A DNA stretch of 63,646 nucleotides, the filler included, from Klebsormidium nitens (lineage: Eukaryota > Plantae > Klebsormidiophyceae): the NCBI GenBank assembly GCA_000708835.1. It is 4 parts of 4 records of this genome, joined end to end, with 100 filler letters (N's around TTAATTAATTAA, not from the genome) between each part and the next. Parts side by side here need not be neighbours in the genome. Positions count along the whole stretch, not along the records: positions 28,386 to 48,545 come from DF237921.1; 3 more parts are not named here. One strand, given 5' to 3'. This document shows positions 34,096 to 47,735 of the stretch, in pieces. The notes under the pieces were generated by a model. That model did not search any database. It was not told the DNA's origin and worked only from the letters and a program-made list of their open reading frames with translations. Each line of letters starts with the position of its first letter. The first letter of the stretch is position 1. A program made the position numbers and the translations under genes.

Positions 34096-37000
34096 TCACT
34101 TCAAGCCCACTTTCCGGCTGAGCCTCAGCACTCGCTCTGACGCCTTCATTCTCTGCACCGCCTGCATCCGTAGGAGCGCTCCGGCCAGCGGAAAGCTAAC
34201 GGCAACCGCAACGTAAGCCAAAAGCCACGCACTCTTGCTTCCATGCATCGCCAGCCGGTTGTAGCAGCTCATCAACTCAGAGTACCGAGTGCTATCCAAT
34301 GCCGGCCGCTTCTCGCCGTCCTGATCTTGTGGAGGGGTTTCAGATTTTCGGACGGCAATTGTCGCTGCGGACGCGCTTCGGACGACGGCGGCGGCGGCGG
34401 CTGCAACGGCAGATGCGGACGCCGCAGCCGTGGAGGCCGCAAGAGCGGCGTCGTTCAGCGACTGGTGGGCGCTTCGGGGGGTGGGAGCGACTCCTCGCAT
34501 CTGAAAGCCAGGAAAGAATTTGAGCATTTCACCCAAGTAGAGCCATGAATTGAACCAAGACGGGGGAGGCAACCGCTCTTTACATTGGGCTGCAATGTAG
34601 TGGTAGAATAGCAACCAGGAGAAATTCCGCGAATAAGCCATGCGGTATGACAAAAGAGTCAGACTTTTCAGTAGCTCCAGGGCACATACATTGATGCTAC
34701 TTGAACAACTTTTGCGTGCGTAAGATGAAGTCTCAGAGCACACACTCGAGGCTGAACATTCAAGAGGGACTACCAAGCACCGACACGAAGTTACGAGGCA
34801 GACTCGGATCTTCAATTGAAAGCCAGGGACTGCTGTTCCTCGAGGCGATTGATTTGTCTACTCACACTCTTTCGTACAGGCTCTAATCTGTGGCGGACGG
34901 AGAAAACCTCTGACATGCAACTTCGCAGACCGTCTTTGGAAACTCGCCAAGAGCCAGAAAACCTCGCAAAGCCCAGAGGAGAACGGCCAGTGAGTTGCCC
35001 TACCTGTTTGAGGATCTCCGACAAGAAGGCCTCGACTGCCGCCGCCTGGCTCTCGTCCGCAAACTCGATGACAATGCGCTTCAGACGCCCGTTCCGGAGC
35101 GGAGTGCTGTTCGCCGACACTCTGACCGGGGATTCGGACGCATTGCCCGGAGTTTCGGACGCCTTTTCCCGGTTGTCGGACGCCTTGTCCCGGGGTTCGG
35201 ACGGGGGTTTGAACGCTTCGCCCTCATTTACGGACGCTTTGCTCGCACTCCCGGTGACCTTGCCCGGGGTGTCCGCTGCGTTGACTGGGGCTTCGGACGG
35301 TTTGCTCCACGTTTCGGACGCCCAAGCGTGGTCGTACGCCTCACCATTTGGCTCCTTTGCATGGGTTAGCAAGACCCCGTTTGGTTTCGCGGCCCGTTTG
35401 GGGGTGCCCACCAACCGGTCCAGCACCGTGTGCGTCACACCGTTCATCTGCGGCAACACGCCGTTCGGCTTGGCGCCCACTTTCGGTGTGACGAGCACCT
35501 TGCGGGGTTTCACCTCAGCGTCAATCAGGGCGTCGGTCACACCGTTGCACGTCTCGACCGCCCACCCGTTCTCCAGCGCCGTCTCTTCCCCGACTCCCTT
35601 GACCAACGGCAGGGGGCCACGTGGAACCGTCCCATTTACCGCCTGCACGGGCTCGAGCCCTCTGTACCCCACGTCGAAAATCCCCCCCAGAAAATCGACG
35701 CAGGGTCTGGTCCACCAAAGCCGCCGCGGGAGCCACCCGTCGTAGATTGCGAGATGGCCTCCCCGGGGGGCGGTGGCAAGAGTGACGTAAGGGTTGAGGC
35801 GGCACTCGTCCCAGGGGATGGACTCTTTGGTGCAGATGGGGTCGTCGAGGGCGCTGAGCGCGAGCAGGGGGGTGCGCACGGCGGTGACGAAGGGGGCGCT
35901 GCTGCAGCGGCGGTAGTACGTGTCGACCGTCTGGGAGAATTGGTGAAGGGTTTGATTTAGCAGCCTGTCAATTGATCGACTTGCACTGATTGGTAGGCTG
36001 AGGTTCTGTTCTGGATCGCACAAAGCGATTAGAAGTGGTGATAGGTTTAGACTGTCTGGGGGCGAGCTGAAAGTTGACAACTCGCGATTTGAGGGACAGA
36101 ACTGGATACTTTCCTGTCCTTAGCGGTTTGCTTGGTGAGGCACTTATACCCTCTGGCACACTAGTCATACGGGTGAAGAGACCAATCCGCAAGAAATCTC
36201 GCACTCGCATCAGCTTTATCTCCAACGTTCGCCGGTCCGTCCAGAGCAGGACCAAAAGCAACGACGCACCTCGAAGTTGGCCGTGAAGCGTGTGATGCGG
36301 TCGTCAAATTCGCGCAGCGTGCGCGAGCGCTGCAGGTTCGTGAAGTCGACAAACTTGGAGAAAGGCTCCTTGTGCAGCTCCGCGAATTCCCTGAGACCGT
36401 GCGCCAACGCCGAGTTCCAGAACCGCTGCACAGAGATAGCGTGTTTGTGTTTGTCACACCGATAAATATTGAGATTCATATGATCTTGGACTCATAAAGT
36501 TCATGGGAAAGCATTGCTCTTGAATCCAGACGTTCTCAATGTCCCGAGGTTGTCGATTTTATCCCCACCAACGAAGGACGAGCCTTTGAATTGTGTTGAA
36601 CCTTTGGGTCCTGCGCTACCAGAAATCTAGTACAAGCAGAGCCTTCAGTCAATCAGTCAAAATGGTTTGTCCAGCCGGTTTCTCAGATGCGAGTCGATGA
36701 CGGCGAATCGAACAGCTCATGTGTCAAATTGCAACAGCCGAACCGTCCCGATCTCTGAGAAAAGTTCTTCAGATCAAGGCAAAGAAATGCCAGTAACTTC
36801 GAGCTTCCCCCACGCTTTCACATGTTTTCCCTACATACTTCTATCCAATTTGACTCACAATATTGACCCGCAAAACCCTTCTCCTCACCTGAACGAACGT
36901 CCTGTTCATGAACCGGTCGCAGACCAGCAGGTCAAACGGGCACCCGATCGCAACCGCTCCCCAGACCGGGGAGTCTGCTCCTTCCTCCCCAAGAAACTTG

Positions 37001-39799
37001 ATCACCATGTTTGCCCCGAGGCTGGCACCAACTAGAGCCAGGGGGGCGGAAGGCAGCCGAGCCCCGATCTCAGAGAGGACCTCGCGCATGTCGTCCGTCC
37101 AGCCGGCATTGTAGAAGGTTTCGGACTGCACGTCGACATGTACACTTCGGAAAGGAAAGCGGAACATTCCTGGCACGTAAGGAGGACTTGGGACTGCAAA
37201 TGTACGTTTAACGCACCCCGAGGGACTCAATTAACGAAGAGAGAGATTCACAAGATACATGTTTATGATGTTCTTAAAGCTTCGTTTGCTGACATGTACC
37301 AAACAAAGAAGGTGAAGATTGTTCGGACTGCAAGCGTGTCAACAGAGAAGGATTCTACTGTGTGCAGATTCTTCGCAGGGCACTCCTCAGCAAAGAGACG
37401 CTAAAAACGAAGCAGCTGAAAGAGATCGACTGTTCCAGGTCTTATATGCAAGCACATCCAGGCAACCAGTGATGGCAACACTTGGATGCAACGCGCTTTG
37501 CTGGAGGTGCATCACTGCTACTCTTCAGAAAATTGTCCAACATAAGCAACCTGTCACCTTTGCCGGAAAGTCAACGATGCTTCTTCCTGTTGAATCTCCT
37601 TCGACCCTGGAAGAAGTGGCTCATCACCACAGCACAGCACAAGTGAAGAAGCACTTGCAAAGCTGCTACTACCTGCGTCACCGCTTCCTCACCGTCAGCG
37701 AGACTCCTCCCAGGCCCCGGTGGTTTATCACGACCGACCGCCAGCCTTTTGCGGTGATGTCAGCAACCAGGTACTTGAGGTAAGCATTGCTGGAGTCGCT
37801 TGTCAATCCTGGGATGATGGCGACTGTGGGGGTCGTTGGCTGCTCAGTTCCCGACCAATCAAGGCCGACAGAGCCCCCATCTGAAAGTCGGAACACCTCT
37901 CTGCGTGGAGGAACGGCTTGTGAGATGCTTCACTCAAGAGTTTAGAAGGCGGTTGAGATGGGTGTCAATGGTCAGAAGAGTGATTTACCATTGGTGAGGA
38001 GAAGGTTGGTGTGATGAACACAAGGTCTGGTTGAAGTGTCCTGCTACAGTCTGAATGTGCAGAGGGGATCAGAAATGGGGACACAAGCCAGGACTTGCTT
38101 CGCTGCTTGAAGACTCCGATTTGACAATCAAGCTTTCTGGTGCCTATTTGCACTGCAACTCGTTTTGAGGAACGTCAATTGCTAGCGGACTGTCCACAGC
38201 CTGGTTAAAGATTGGGACGTGTTTCTCCATTACACCCTGAAACCTTTCTCCTTTGCAATAAGTGCTGTTGTTAGCATCCCTCTAAAACAACCATTGAAGA
38301 GCGGCGACCAGAAATTGTGCAATATGTGTAGAGGATAGGCTAGCTTTTCCAATGGCTGCCATCCAAGCTTGGAGTCAGGCACACCACATGTCTCAGCGGA
38401 AGCCATAATGCAGAAAGTCATGGTGCACACTGACACTAATGCTATTTTCGATTTCGTGTAGCCTTGTTCCTTAGCTCAAAAGGTCCAAACTTGAATCCAG
38501 TCCGTTCAACGAGACAGGTCCTTAGATCCTACCTGCGTTTGATTGAAGGAGTATACTTGAAAAGGTACAAAAGATGAGAACACCTTCAAGAGAAGCAGGG
38601 TTGTCTGCACTGATTGGAATCACCAACTTGAAAGAGCATTTATGCACGATATCCCTCCATATCTCAAGCACACACTTTTCGCTTGTATTTCAATGTATGC
38701 ATTTAGGAACTCGGATTGATCAGTCAGTTGCGTGCAAATTCATCAGACTTCCGTTCGTACCACTCAATCATTCTTAGCTATCTGCTGAGAAAGATAGAAA
38801 AGAAGTGTACCTCCGATATTTGACAACAGGACTCCAAGGATCAAAGTGGAGGTACACAGTCTGCAGGTGGGGGCTGCAGAGCCAGGGTGTCGAGCGGTAT
38901 CTGCACCAAGGTTGGACAACTGAAGAAAGTACTTCTGCTTCAAACAATAATTGCATCCCTGACCTGACATCTGCACCTTTGATAGCATTCTCCAAGAGGC
39001 AAAGCAGGTGGTCGCTATGATTAAGCCTCAAGCTAATCCAGAGCGCATTCTCTAATCTCTCACCTTCTAGAGGAAACTAGCAACTTGACCAACACAAGGA
39101 TCTTCAGGCATCCCCCTCATTACAATGGTGTGCTTGGCTGCTTGATCATACATTGATTCTTGCTTGTGGCGCCAGTCTAGTCTCAAGGTGGTCAACAATG
39201 TGACAGAGGCTCTTTCATTGATCCATTGAAAGGACGTAAGTACAGTGTCAAGAGATGCAAAGTCTAATATAATGGTGGAATCCAAACATCATCGTTCAAA
39301 TAAGGTGGTCTGCTGACGTGATCTTCGCTTGCTCATTCCATCTTCTCAACAAGAGTGAAAACCATTGCAAATGATTGACAAGTTCCCCGCTTTCTGCCAC
39401 CAGCCTGACCACTCAACATAAATGCTCTATCCACTTTTAAGATAAGGACATTCTAGAAACTGGAAGCAGATTACAGGAGCAGCGGCTCAATGCGGAGTCT
39501 CACCTTCGCTTGAGACTGACGCATCTCTCTGCCACAAGTCGTGAAACAGGCGACTCTGTGCCTACTTCCACCGCTACGGCAAAGCAAGTGAGCAGTGCCT
39601 CAAGGAAGTAGAAGTCCAAAGCCCAATAGATAAGGGCACAAACAATCACTGCGCTGAGGCCTAGCCACACCAAAGCTGGGACCTGCCCCAGAATCCCGGC
39701 ACACATCCAAAGGTCTGCCGCTCCCAGCGTCAGGGCCATCGGTTCAGAATGCGCTAGCCGAGTGGAAAGAGGTTCCTCCCCCGGATCTGCCAATGGCAA
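34096..39799 (-). CDS. Alpha/beta hydrolase, ABHD1/3 / YheT / EMB8-like lipase-esterase, with N- and C-terminal membrane anchors (multi-exon)
   Basis: TPWLCSPHLQTVY; FRLSDGGSVGLDW; IIPGLTSDS..Y...NHRGLGG; FYNAGWTDD; nucleophile GASLG; TLREFDDRITRF; acid ALDDPIC; His RGGHL; C-terminal SAWLLAYVAVAVSFPLAGALL. The start could instead be the downstream MALTLG. Confidence 0.9.
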
Positions 39800-40646
39800 C
39801 AGCCTGTTCTAAGTGGTGGCCAGCCTCCACCTTCCAGAATCCAGGCCTCATTCGGTTCCAACCAAAGTCATCAAGGACCCTGTTTGGAACAGCCGCCCTC
39901 AGGCTCAATCATGTCATAATGCAGGGTCTCTTTCAGGTCTCTTCTCGAATCATTCTAGTCGCATCAGCTCTCCTGACTCAGGCTGCCACCTGGCATATAA
40001 CAGGCTAAACCCGGGGCGCTAAGGGCGGCCGCGCAAGCATCTAGATTGCTGAGGTCTTGATATGTGCCGTCCGATCCAGTCCTCGCAAGCAAACAGGCCG
40101 ATCGGACGGTTATTAGGGTTCCTTGAAGATTGTACACCCCTCCGAGTCAGAATTTGAATGGCGGCGCGCCATGCAGCCGCGGTGCATGGGGCGCCGGGGC
40201 CGGCCGCGGGCTGACGTGGGTCGTCACTGTCAGGATCGGATGCAGGCTTCAAAGTTGAGTCTGCCGGGCATGGTCGCCAGTCGGCTTTGCAGCACTTTTC
40301 TGTAAGTCATGACTCATGATCGAGCTTGGACCCGCTTCGCTCCTTCGCGGGGTCCGAAGAAGCTGGAAGCCCTCTTGAAGTCCTTTCGCTCTTCTAGTCA
40401 AGTGCGCCGCCTTTGCTTGCATCGTTGGAGAATTGGATAAACAAAAGATGATTCCAACGAGGACGAAGCCTACAGACGCAAGCCAAACAACCCTGTCAGC
40501 GAAGGCCAGCGGAGAGTAGCCTTGAACCAAGCTAAGCAGTGATGGTAGATCAGATCATGGGCATCATCATATCTACACTGGTCGCACGGTGGGGGAGACT
40601 CCTTGAGAGTGGATGGATCTGTGGATGGATTTACTGCCTCTTTGAA

Positions 40647-41402
40647 ATGGCCTTAGAGCAATTGCAAAAGGATATCCAGGACTCGGATGTTTTTGACAGC
40701 CTCTCTCCAGCTCTTTTGGACTGCATCGTCCAGAAGGCTGTGAAGGCTGATCCATCAAGCTTGGAGCATCTGAAACAAGTCAACAGAGCTTTCCGGGACT
40801 CTGCAAGGCGGTGTCCTCTTCCAGATGATGCTCCTTCTGTTGTCATCAAACGGGTCCTTCAAGTCGCCGCCACTATGGATGAAAGGCGCATTGTATACAT
40901 TGATCGGTATCCTATCAGCGAGTGTTACCCATACGTTGTTGAAGGCAAGCACTTCGTGGATCACAAGCTGGAAAGGAGCTCCCAGTTCAAGCTGCATGCC
41001 GAGCGCCTCTTTAGCTGTTGGCTGAAACATGGAGGCCGCTTCCCCTTGGAAATTGCCAAAGAGCTGCTGAAGTTTTTGCGGAGCTTGGAGAGCGATATCA
41101 ATGGCAGATTGACCAGAGAGGATAAGCTCCGTCCGCTTGGCTGCTTCCTTTTGGCCATCTTCGGTGGAACTTACTCAAGCACTCCTGACCCTAGGAAGCT
41201 GTGGCCACCAGTACTAGACTTCATACATCAAGTGACTCCAAATACTGGCTGGTCCGCCGAAGCAGCAGCAGTGGATCTGCATAGTAAAACGTTGTACCTT
41301 CTCAAATTGGTCCAAAGCCACAAGAAGCTGGAACGGGCCTGCGGGTCCTGCGGGTGCGACGTGCACATTCTAGTTGGTTCTCGGACGTTGCGCAGATGCT
41401 GA
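40647..41402 (+). CDS. Hypothetical protein with an F-box-like N-terminus; 3' end uncertain
   Basis: Open frame of about 250 codons from ATG 40647. FDSLSPALLDCIVQKAVKADPSSLEHLKQVNRAFRDSARR loosely matches the F-box pattern. A possible extra exon MLRGVRRLVKDLDPSDKVYEAAIEEVLKASEVH* follows cgcag at 41395. Confidence 0.5.
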   Translation: MALEQLQKDIQDSDVFDSLSPALLDCIVQKAVKADPSSLEHLKQVNRAFRDSARRCPLPDDAPSVVIKRVLQVAATMDERRIVYIDRYPISECYPYVVEGKHFVDHKLERSSQFKLHAERLFSCWLKHGGRFPLEIAKELLKFLRSLESDINGRLTREDKLRPLGCFLLAIFGGTYSSTPDPRKLWPPVLDFIHQVTPNTGWSAEAAAVDLHSKTLYLLKLVQSHKKLERACGSCGCDVHILVGSRTLRRC

Positions 41403-42340
41403 GGGGGGTTCGAAGGCTCGTGAAGGACCTCGATCCATCGGATAAGGTGTACGAGGCAGCAATAGAAGAGGTTCTGAAGGCCTCAGAAGTGCACTAAGAC
41501 AATGTATGTTTGGTCGTCTGAGGTCTCGAAGCTTTGTAAGCTGACGGTCTAGTCACAGTGGTTGAATTAAGGAGGGTCATCACAGTTGTGGGTCAGTATG
41601 AGTCGCGAGTTATCGGTTGACTGGCGGTGCACATGCAAGAAGTAAGGCAAATCGATCGACTGCGAGCAAGCGCGAGGGAGGTAGTTTTGGAGCCTTAGCT
41701 GCTTTGTTTATACTTGTAGTGCTCCGTGGTCACCCTTCGGCAGTAGCAGAGCCTCCCAAAATCATTTTATAGTACGCCGTTAGTTGGTGCCATGACGTAC
41801 GTGGTCTTGAGTCGCACGGTAGTCAGACACGGTCGGAGCTGGAACTTTACCCCATAATACGCGTTGGAATTGCAAAAATTCGATACAAAGAGCTGTCGAT
41901 CCACTTTGCCCAGGCGATCAGACAAGCTTTACTGCTTTGCCCAGCCAATCCTCTTCTCAAGAAAGTCCGCTAGCTTTTCATGGTCATGTGAGTTGGCCAA
42001 TACTTTGGCCCGGTCGGTGGACCAATGCACCAATGCAGATTGGTGCCCTTCGCGGAAAGACAATTTGCGAATAACACAACATGTCCTTTGTCAAAGGAAT
42101 GTATCCTGCTGTAGATTACGTAACCGTTTCAATTTAACACTATGTCGACCATTTAAGTACATGTAGAATTCTGCTTCAATGCCAAAGATCTAGTATAAAA
42201 ATTGCTGGGCCAAGAATGCCTAGCACGGTCCTGTGTTCTTCTAGAGTATATGACTAAACGAGGCAGAAACTCTGCTTCACAAAGGCCGCCCTCCAAATAC
42301 AGCCGACGCACATTATTGCAACATCAATCCTTTTCCCAAG

Positions 42341-45300
42341 TTACAACTTGGCGACCACTTCCTTTCCGGACCCGTGCACCAGTAACACGCGGTTCAACCC
42401 CTGGGTCAACTCCTCGCAGTATATCATGTACCTCTCCGGCTGCATGTTCAGAAACGGGTCCGGCAAGTTGATCAAAACCAGCGCCGCATCCGCCGACTTC
42501 TCCACGATCAGCCGGTTGAGCGGCGCGGGCGAAATGGACCCTCCTTTCGTGAACGTGCTCCACGTCCGCTCCTTAGCCGTCTCCCTTAACAAGGACGGCT
42601 TCGGATCCAGAGGAGAACCGGGGTATCCCTTCGACCGGAAGTTGGGATTGCCCATCAGTGTCGCGTTCAGCTCTTGCATCGTCAGGTTCTCTTCCGACCC
42701 GATCGTATTCTCACTGTCGAGCGTATTCTCACTGTACTTCCCGGGATCATAATCGCTGCTTCCGCTCCCGCTGCCCGACGTCTCCTCGTTGTCAATCACG
42801 TGGATTTCCTCCGCAATCTGAACCCGCTTGTAACGCTTGCCCGGCAGCTCCTGCTGGACGCTACTCCCCTCCCCCTCCTCGCTGTGAATACCCTCACCCT
42901 CGGGAATCCGAGCGAGCTCTGGCGCCGAGCTGTCCCTCTTCACACTCGACCCCTTCCGTTCAAAACGCGTCCCGGCGGACGACTTCCTTACGTCACCCGT
43001 CACGTCGTCTGCCACGTCAGCACTCCACCCTACCCCAGCCGGCTCCTCCGACTCGTCCTCATTATCCCAAAGATCTTTGAACTTTTCTGCGACCGCGCGC
43101 TTCCGCTCCGAACCCTCCAAACCCCCGCCGAGGTCGCTCTTGACAAGCCGCACGGCGGGGGCATGCGACGGAGAGGGATCCCCCAACCGGCTCATCCCGA
43201 TCGGGCCACGTGTCGGCTCGGGAGCTTCGTCGTCGTGACGGTTGAAAGCTGCGTCGAGCTTCGGGTTCCTGCACGATGGAAGAGCAGTTCAGGGTCGAAA
43301 CCCCTTGAAACTCACTGATCTGGAGACGATATCGATACAACAGACAAAGGAACTTTCGAACTTTCAAACACGGTTGGCTTCTCACGCGCCCAAGCCGATC
43401 GATGGCACGAAGCCGAAAGAAAGTATGCGATCACGAAGGTGAGAGTGCAGCCAGCCGTGTCGGAACCCACTGAAACTCTGCACAAAGGCGTGAAAAGCAG
43501 ATTCTGGCTCCTGTAGAGCACACTTCGATAGAAGGTGATTCTATTCATCCCGGTGCCTGTGGCAACAACCTTACCCCCAACGACCCGCACTCGACGGTTG
43601 ACAAAGTCCCTTTACGCAGTTATCCGGGGGCTGAGTTCTGATAGGGCCCCGTCAGCAAAGCACATGCGCATCTTTACCGGTCACGAACCCGTCGTGAGCC
43701 ATTCAACGGGGCCTCACCTGCTGCGGCTGACGTTCTCCGCTCCCTTCACCATCCCAATCTCCCCCGGGAAGAGCAGCGGCGGGGAGCCGGGTACCGAGTC
43801 ATCAGCTGCCACGTCATCGGTGACGTCATCAGCGTCCGATTCGTCGTCGTCTGAAGATCCGTACTTGCCGCCCTCTATGTTGGGCAACGACTTGGACAGG
43901 TGCAACCGGCCGGCGCTCTGCAAACGGAACGGAATGACGTTGAAATGGGCGAGGACGGAACGGAACTCAAAGGAAACGGTGGCAGGAAGCGAGTAGAACA
44001 GTTGGAGACCGTTTGCTGGTGTACGCGTGCGAGTGGAAAACGACCGTCATGCTAAAGCAGGGTCGACTCTGTTGTGGATGTAAACTTTGCCGGCTAACCA
44101 GCCTTCTTTCTGTGAATTCTTACCTAACGTCGCGATAACCCTGTCTTTGACCTTAGTTCTAGTTCTTACAAGTGACTCGTTCCTGACCCTGTTTAAAAAC
44201 CACGCACTCTCGAGCGGTGACCTGTAACACGAGTCCCGGTTTGGCAAAAACTAAAGTTTCGACACTAACCATGTCCTTGAGAATGAGCGCATCCTCGCTG
44301 TTCAACGTGTTTTCGTTGCTGCTCTCCGGCCCAAACGCGCGGTCGAGCTTCGGATTCCTCGACCGGCTGATGATCTGCTGCAGCTCCTTGTTGTACTTTT
44401 TGGCCTCTTCAAACTTGAGCGTGTTGTTGAAAGTGTACGGACCGATGTCGCCGTCGGTTAGCTCAACCACGTCGACCTCGGCCTTGATTCTGATCTGCAA
44501 ATACAGGTTGACGACCAGGTTAGACCAACCTGACCAGCCTTTGGAAGTTCGTAAAAGAGAGGTGTTCCAGACTGATTGTCGCATTTACTTTTAGTTGTGA
44601 TGCCAAACTGAGCTCAGGATTTGAAGAGAACGTATTGGTGAATACTCAGGTATGACATTAACGTTGCATAGATTCTAGAAACGCGAAAAGCGACGAGTAT
44701 CCCAGTCCGTCCATATTCACACCGCCCACCTGCTCCAGGGACTTCTCCACATTCGCCTTGACCGACACTCTCTTGTCCTACATCTAAACTAGATGTGAAT
44801 AAGCGCCTTTAGACCCAACAAATAGTTACGGCACTCCAGTCCGTCCCTGTTCACACCGCCCACCTGCTCCAGGAGCTTCTCCACATTCGCCTTGACCGTC
44901 ACGGGGTTTCAAATTCAGTTTAACATGTGAATGCGCCCCTTCAAGGCCGTATGCTACTCCCAGCACTCCAAGCTGTCCCTATTCACACCGCTTACCTGCT
45001 CCAGGAGTTTCTCCAGATTCGCCTTGACCGTCACCGGGTTGTCCCACTCCTCCGAGACGGTGTGAACGCGCAGCCGGCACTTGTTCCATACCCTATGCTG
45101 CTGCAACAGGTGCGCGAGCAGCATGAGCAGGCCCCCGTCGTGCACGATCCACCATACGTCGATGGTGCCCTCAATACGTTCTGAGCGCCGCGGAAAAGAG
45201 TCCAGGTTCATGCATACGAGGACGGCCTTCGAGGTCGTATTGCACTGCGTGAGCGTCTCGACGAAGTTGCGCGCATTGTGGGGATGCTCGGGGTCCGCCC

Positions 45301-47723
45301 ACCTGGAGACAGATAGTCGCCCGATTTGAGAAAGTGTTCGGAATTCTGGGACTCGAGGGCGCGTCATCAAGGATGCTTCTGCTCCGTAAGACGCATCAGC
45401 GGACTTCTTCGGACTCAATATCTTAGCTGCTGTGACTTTCGGCTCAGCGTCTTTTCAAGCCTTGTGAAATGTCAGACTCGAGAGTCAGAGCCTTGCGGAT
45501 CAAGGTCTTGAGAATTGAGCGCTACACCTCATGGGGGCATTGCATTTGTGCTCGAGTGCTTCGAAAGGCGGAGTCGTAGAACAATGAAAAGCGCAAGCAA
45601 CTGCACCCTAACCACGTGTACGCAGCATCCTGAGCTTAAGCGCCCATGTAAGACTCGGAACCTTTTGACATTCGTTGAAGAAGTGACCCTTAGCGATGCG
45701 GAAAGTATCATACGCTGTCTCACCTGTGCGGCCAGCCCATAAGCAGCGTATTGGGCTCCAGCGCACCCAACCCGGACGACTGCAGCGCAAACGACTTCCC
45801 CTCGCGGTACGACGCTGCGACAAGCGTCCGGGAGAAGCCGGTCACCTTCTCCTTCTTCATCCGCCGCTCCAAGTCCTTCAGCTCCCACTGCATAGAGTCA
45901 AACTAAGAATCTTAGTTTCCGGTTTTTGAGGCTTGGGACAGGGTTCAAGAAGAAACTTTGCAGGCGAAACCCAAGGTTAAGTGCACCTCTGTCGGGTCAT
46001 TGGGACGAACGCTCTTGGGGCTTTATAACTCACCATAAGAGGGGTCGTCGGGGCGATGTTCGTCCGCCGAAGCGGTGCATGGGATATCAAAATAGACACA
46101 CTGTCAAAAACCCTGAAAAAATATGACGACATTTGGCTCCGGCCCTCGGGCCCTTTCTGGCTGGCCCAACGTTGAAGGCTCTCTCATCTACTCAGATTAG
46201 ACCACTGAGGACCCACACCTGCCTGGACGGACCTTGTCAACTTTCCATCCCACCTCGGGTACCTCGACACGTTAGCCCCGCTTCATACAGCAAGTGCTTT
46301 CGAGTATTTTGATACCCTGCGCGCATCTCGACATTCCAGACAAAGAGGTGCACTCTCACCCAGATTCTCTTCTTGACATGCACAGGCATGACAGTTCAAG
46401 GCGGTTTAGATAAGTGCTTGTTGTTACCTGTGCCTCCTTGAACTTCTGGGAATTGTTGAGGTCGCCCTCCACGATGACGGTCACGACGGAGAGCCCCTGT
46501 CCCTTTTTCAGCTGGGCGGCAAATGCAAGAAGCTGGTCGCCCGCGTGCGAGTGCGCCTCCCAAACCTCGCGCGGTTTCGTCAGCACCAGCAGCTGCGGCC
46601 GCCAGTTGACGGAGTACCGACTCTGCAAAAAGAGGACAAATCGTTGCAATCGTGCGGAGATAATTCGAGGAGCCCTCCTGCGTTTGATCAAGCGCTGCTT
46701 GGTGCAGTGGGCCGCGTTCCAATGTTGAGTTCGGGGTCTTTGAACGCCTTCACTGAGGACGTCTTGCACGTACGTCTTAAACCGAGGAAACATAAAGGAT
46801 GAGAGACAATGTCTGAACAGTGTTAAGATGCGCTCCTTTCTTCGCCTTATCAGACGTTTTTGCCACATGGCAGATTGCTTACATGGGTTTGAGATGTAAA
46901 AGGAGTGCCGAGACCAACCACTCGAGGATCCGCTGTACCCTGATCGACAGGTGTCAGGGGGGAAAATGTGTAACAATTCGTCCATCAATGAACTCAACAA
47001 TCAACAATTATCGACTCACATCAAGAACAAAGGCAAAAGAGACGAGCCTAAGTACTGAGGAAGATGATTATGCTAGCCAGTCAATCAGGGCAATCAGGAC
47101 AAACTTACATGCACGAAGCTCGAACTGCTCCGCACGGCCAGTTTAACCTTACAAAGCACGTTCCAAACCCCCTCCGCACGGCCAGTTAACCTTACGAAGC
47201 ACGTTTGAAAACCCCAAGTGGCTTACCCAAACAAAAAGAGATCATTTCAGTGCTACAACTATCTCAGAGCTAGAGTCTTCTTCCCCATGTTCCACCCGCC
47301 ACCCCGAGCCTCTCGAAGCAAACTGCTTCCGGAATCCGAAATGGTAGTTCTGAAGGAATAGGGTTTCCAGAAGTAAAGGGCCACCCTTTGACTGCATCTC
47401 ACCTCATGGCCAACACTCAGAATGCTGTGCACCGCCAGCTGTAGCCTCAGCCCCCCGAGCCCCGTCCCCCAGTCGACTTGCACCTGCCGGAAGTCGATGT
47501 ACAGGTACAGCAGGATCGTTACCACAACCGTTGCCACCGCCCAATACCAGACGACGGTGAACATGAGGCCGAAGCTGAGGAGGGCGCCAACTAGAGCGGT
47601 GGTCCAGTGGAAGAAGCGCCAGGTGGGGCGCCAGGACGGCGCGCGCAGGACCGCGAGGACGAAGCACGAGAGGTTGAGCGCGGAGTAGCAGGTGAGGAAG
47701 CAGACGGTCACCAGGGGGGCCAC
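42341..47723 (-). CDS. CCC: Cation-chloride cotransporter (SLC12/CCC), 3' part only; the 5' exons lie beyond the scaffold end
   Basis: VAPLVTVCFLTCYSALNLSCF...APSWRPTWRFFHW; DWGTGLGGLRLQLA; NWRPQLLVL; QSSGLGALEPNTLLMGWP; GTIDVWWIVHDGGLLMLLAHLLQQHRVWNKCRLRV; C-terminal LINLPDP...YCEELTQGLNRVLLVHGSGKEVV. Confidence 0.95.
44697..45030 (-). repeat. Triplicated exon end plus splice donor (period ~133 bp) in a CCC intron
   Basis: GTCAAGGCGAAT(C/G)TGGAGAA...CTGGAGCAG|GT(A/G)(A/G)GCGGTGTGAA with donors at 44995 (true), 44863 and 44729. Confidence 0.9.
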
Positions 47724-47735
47724 CTGTTGGGGTTA

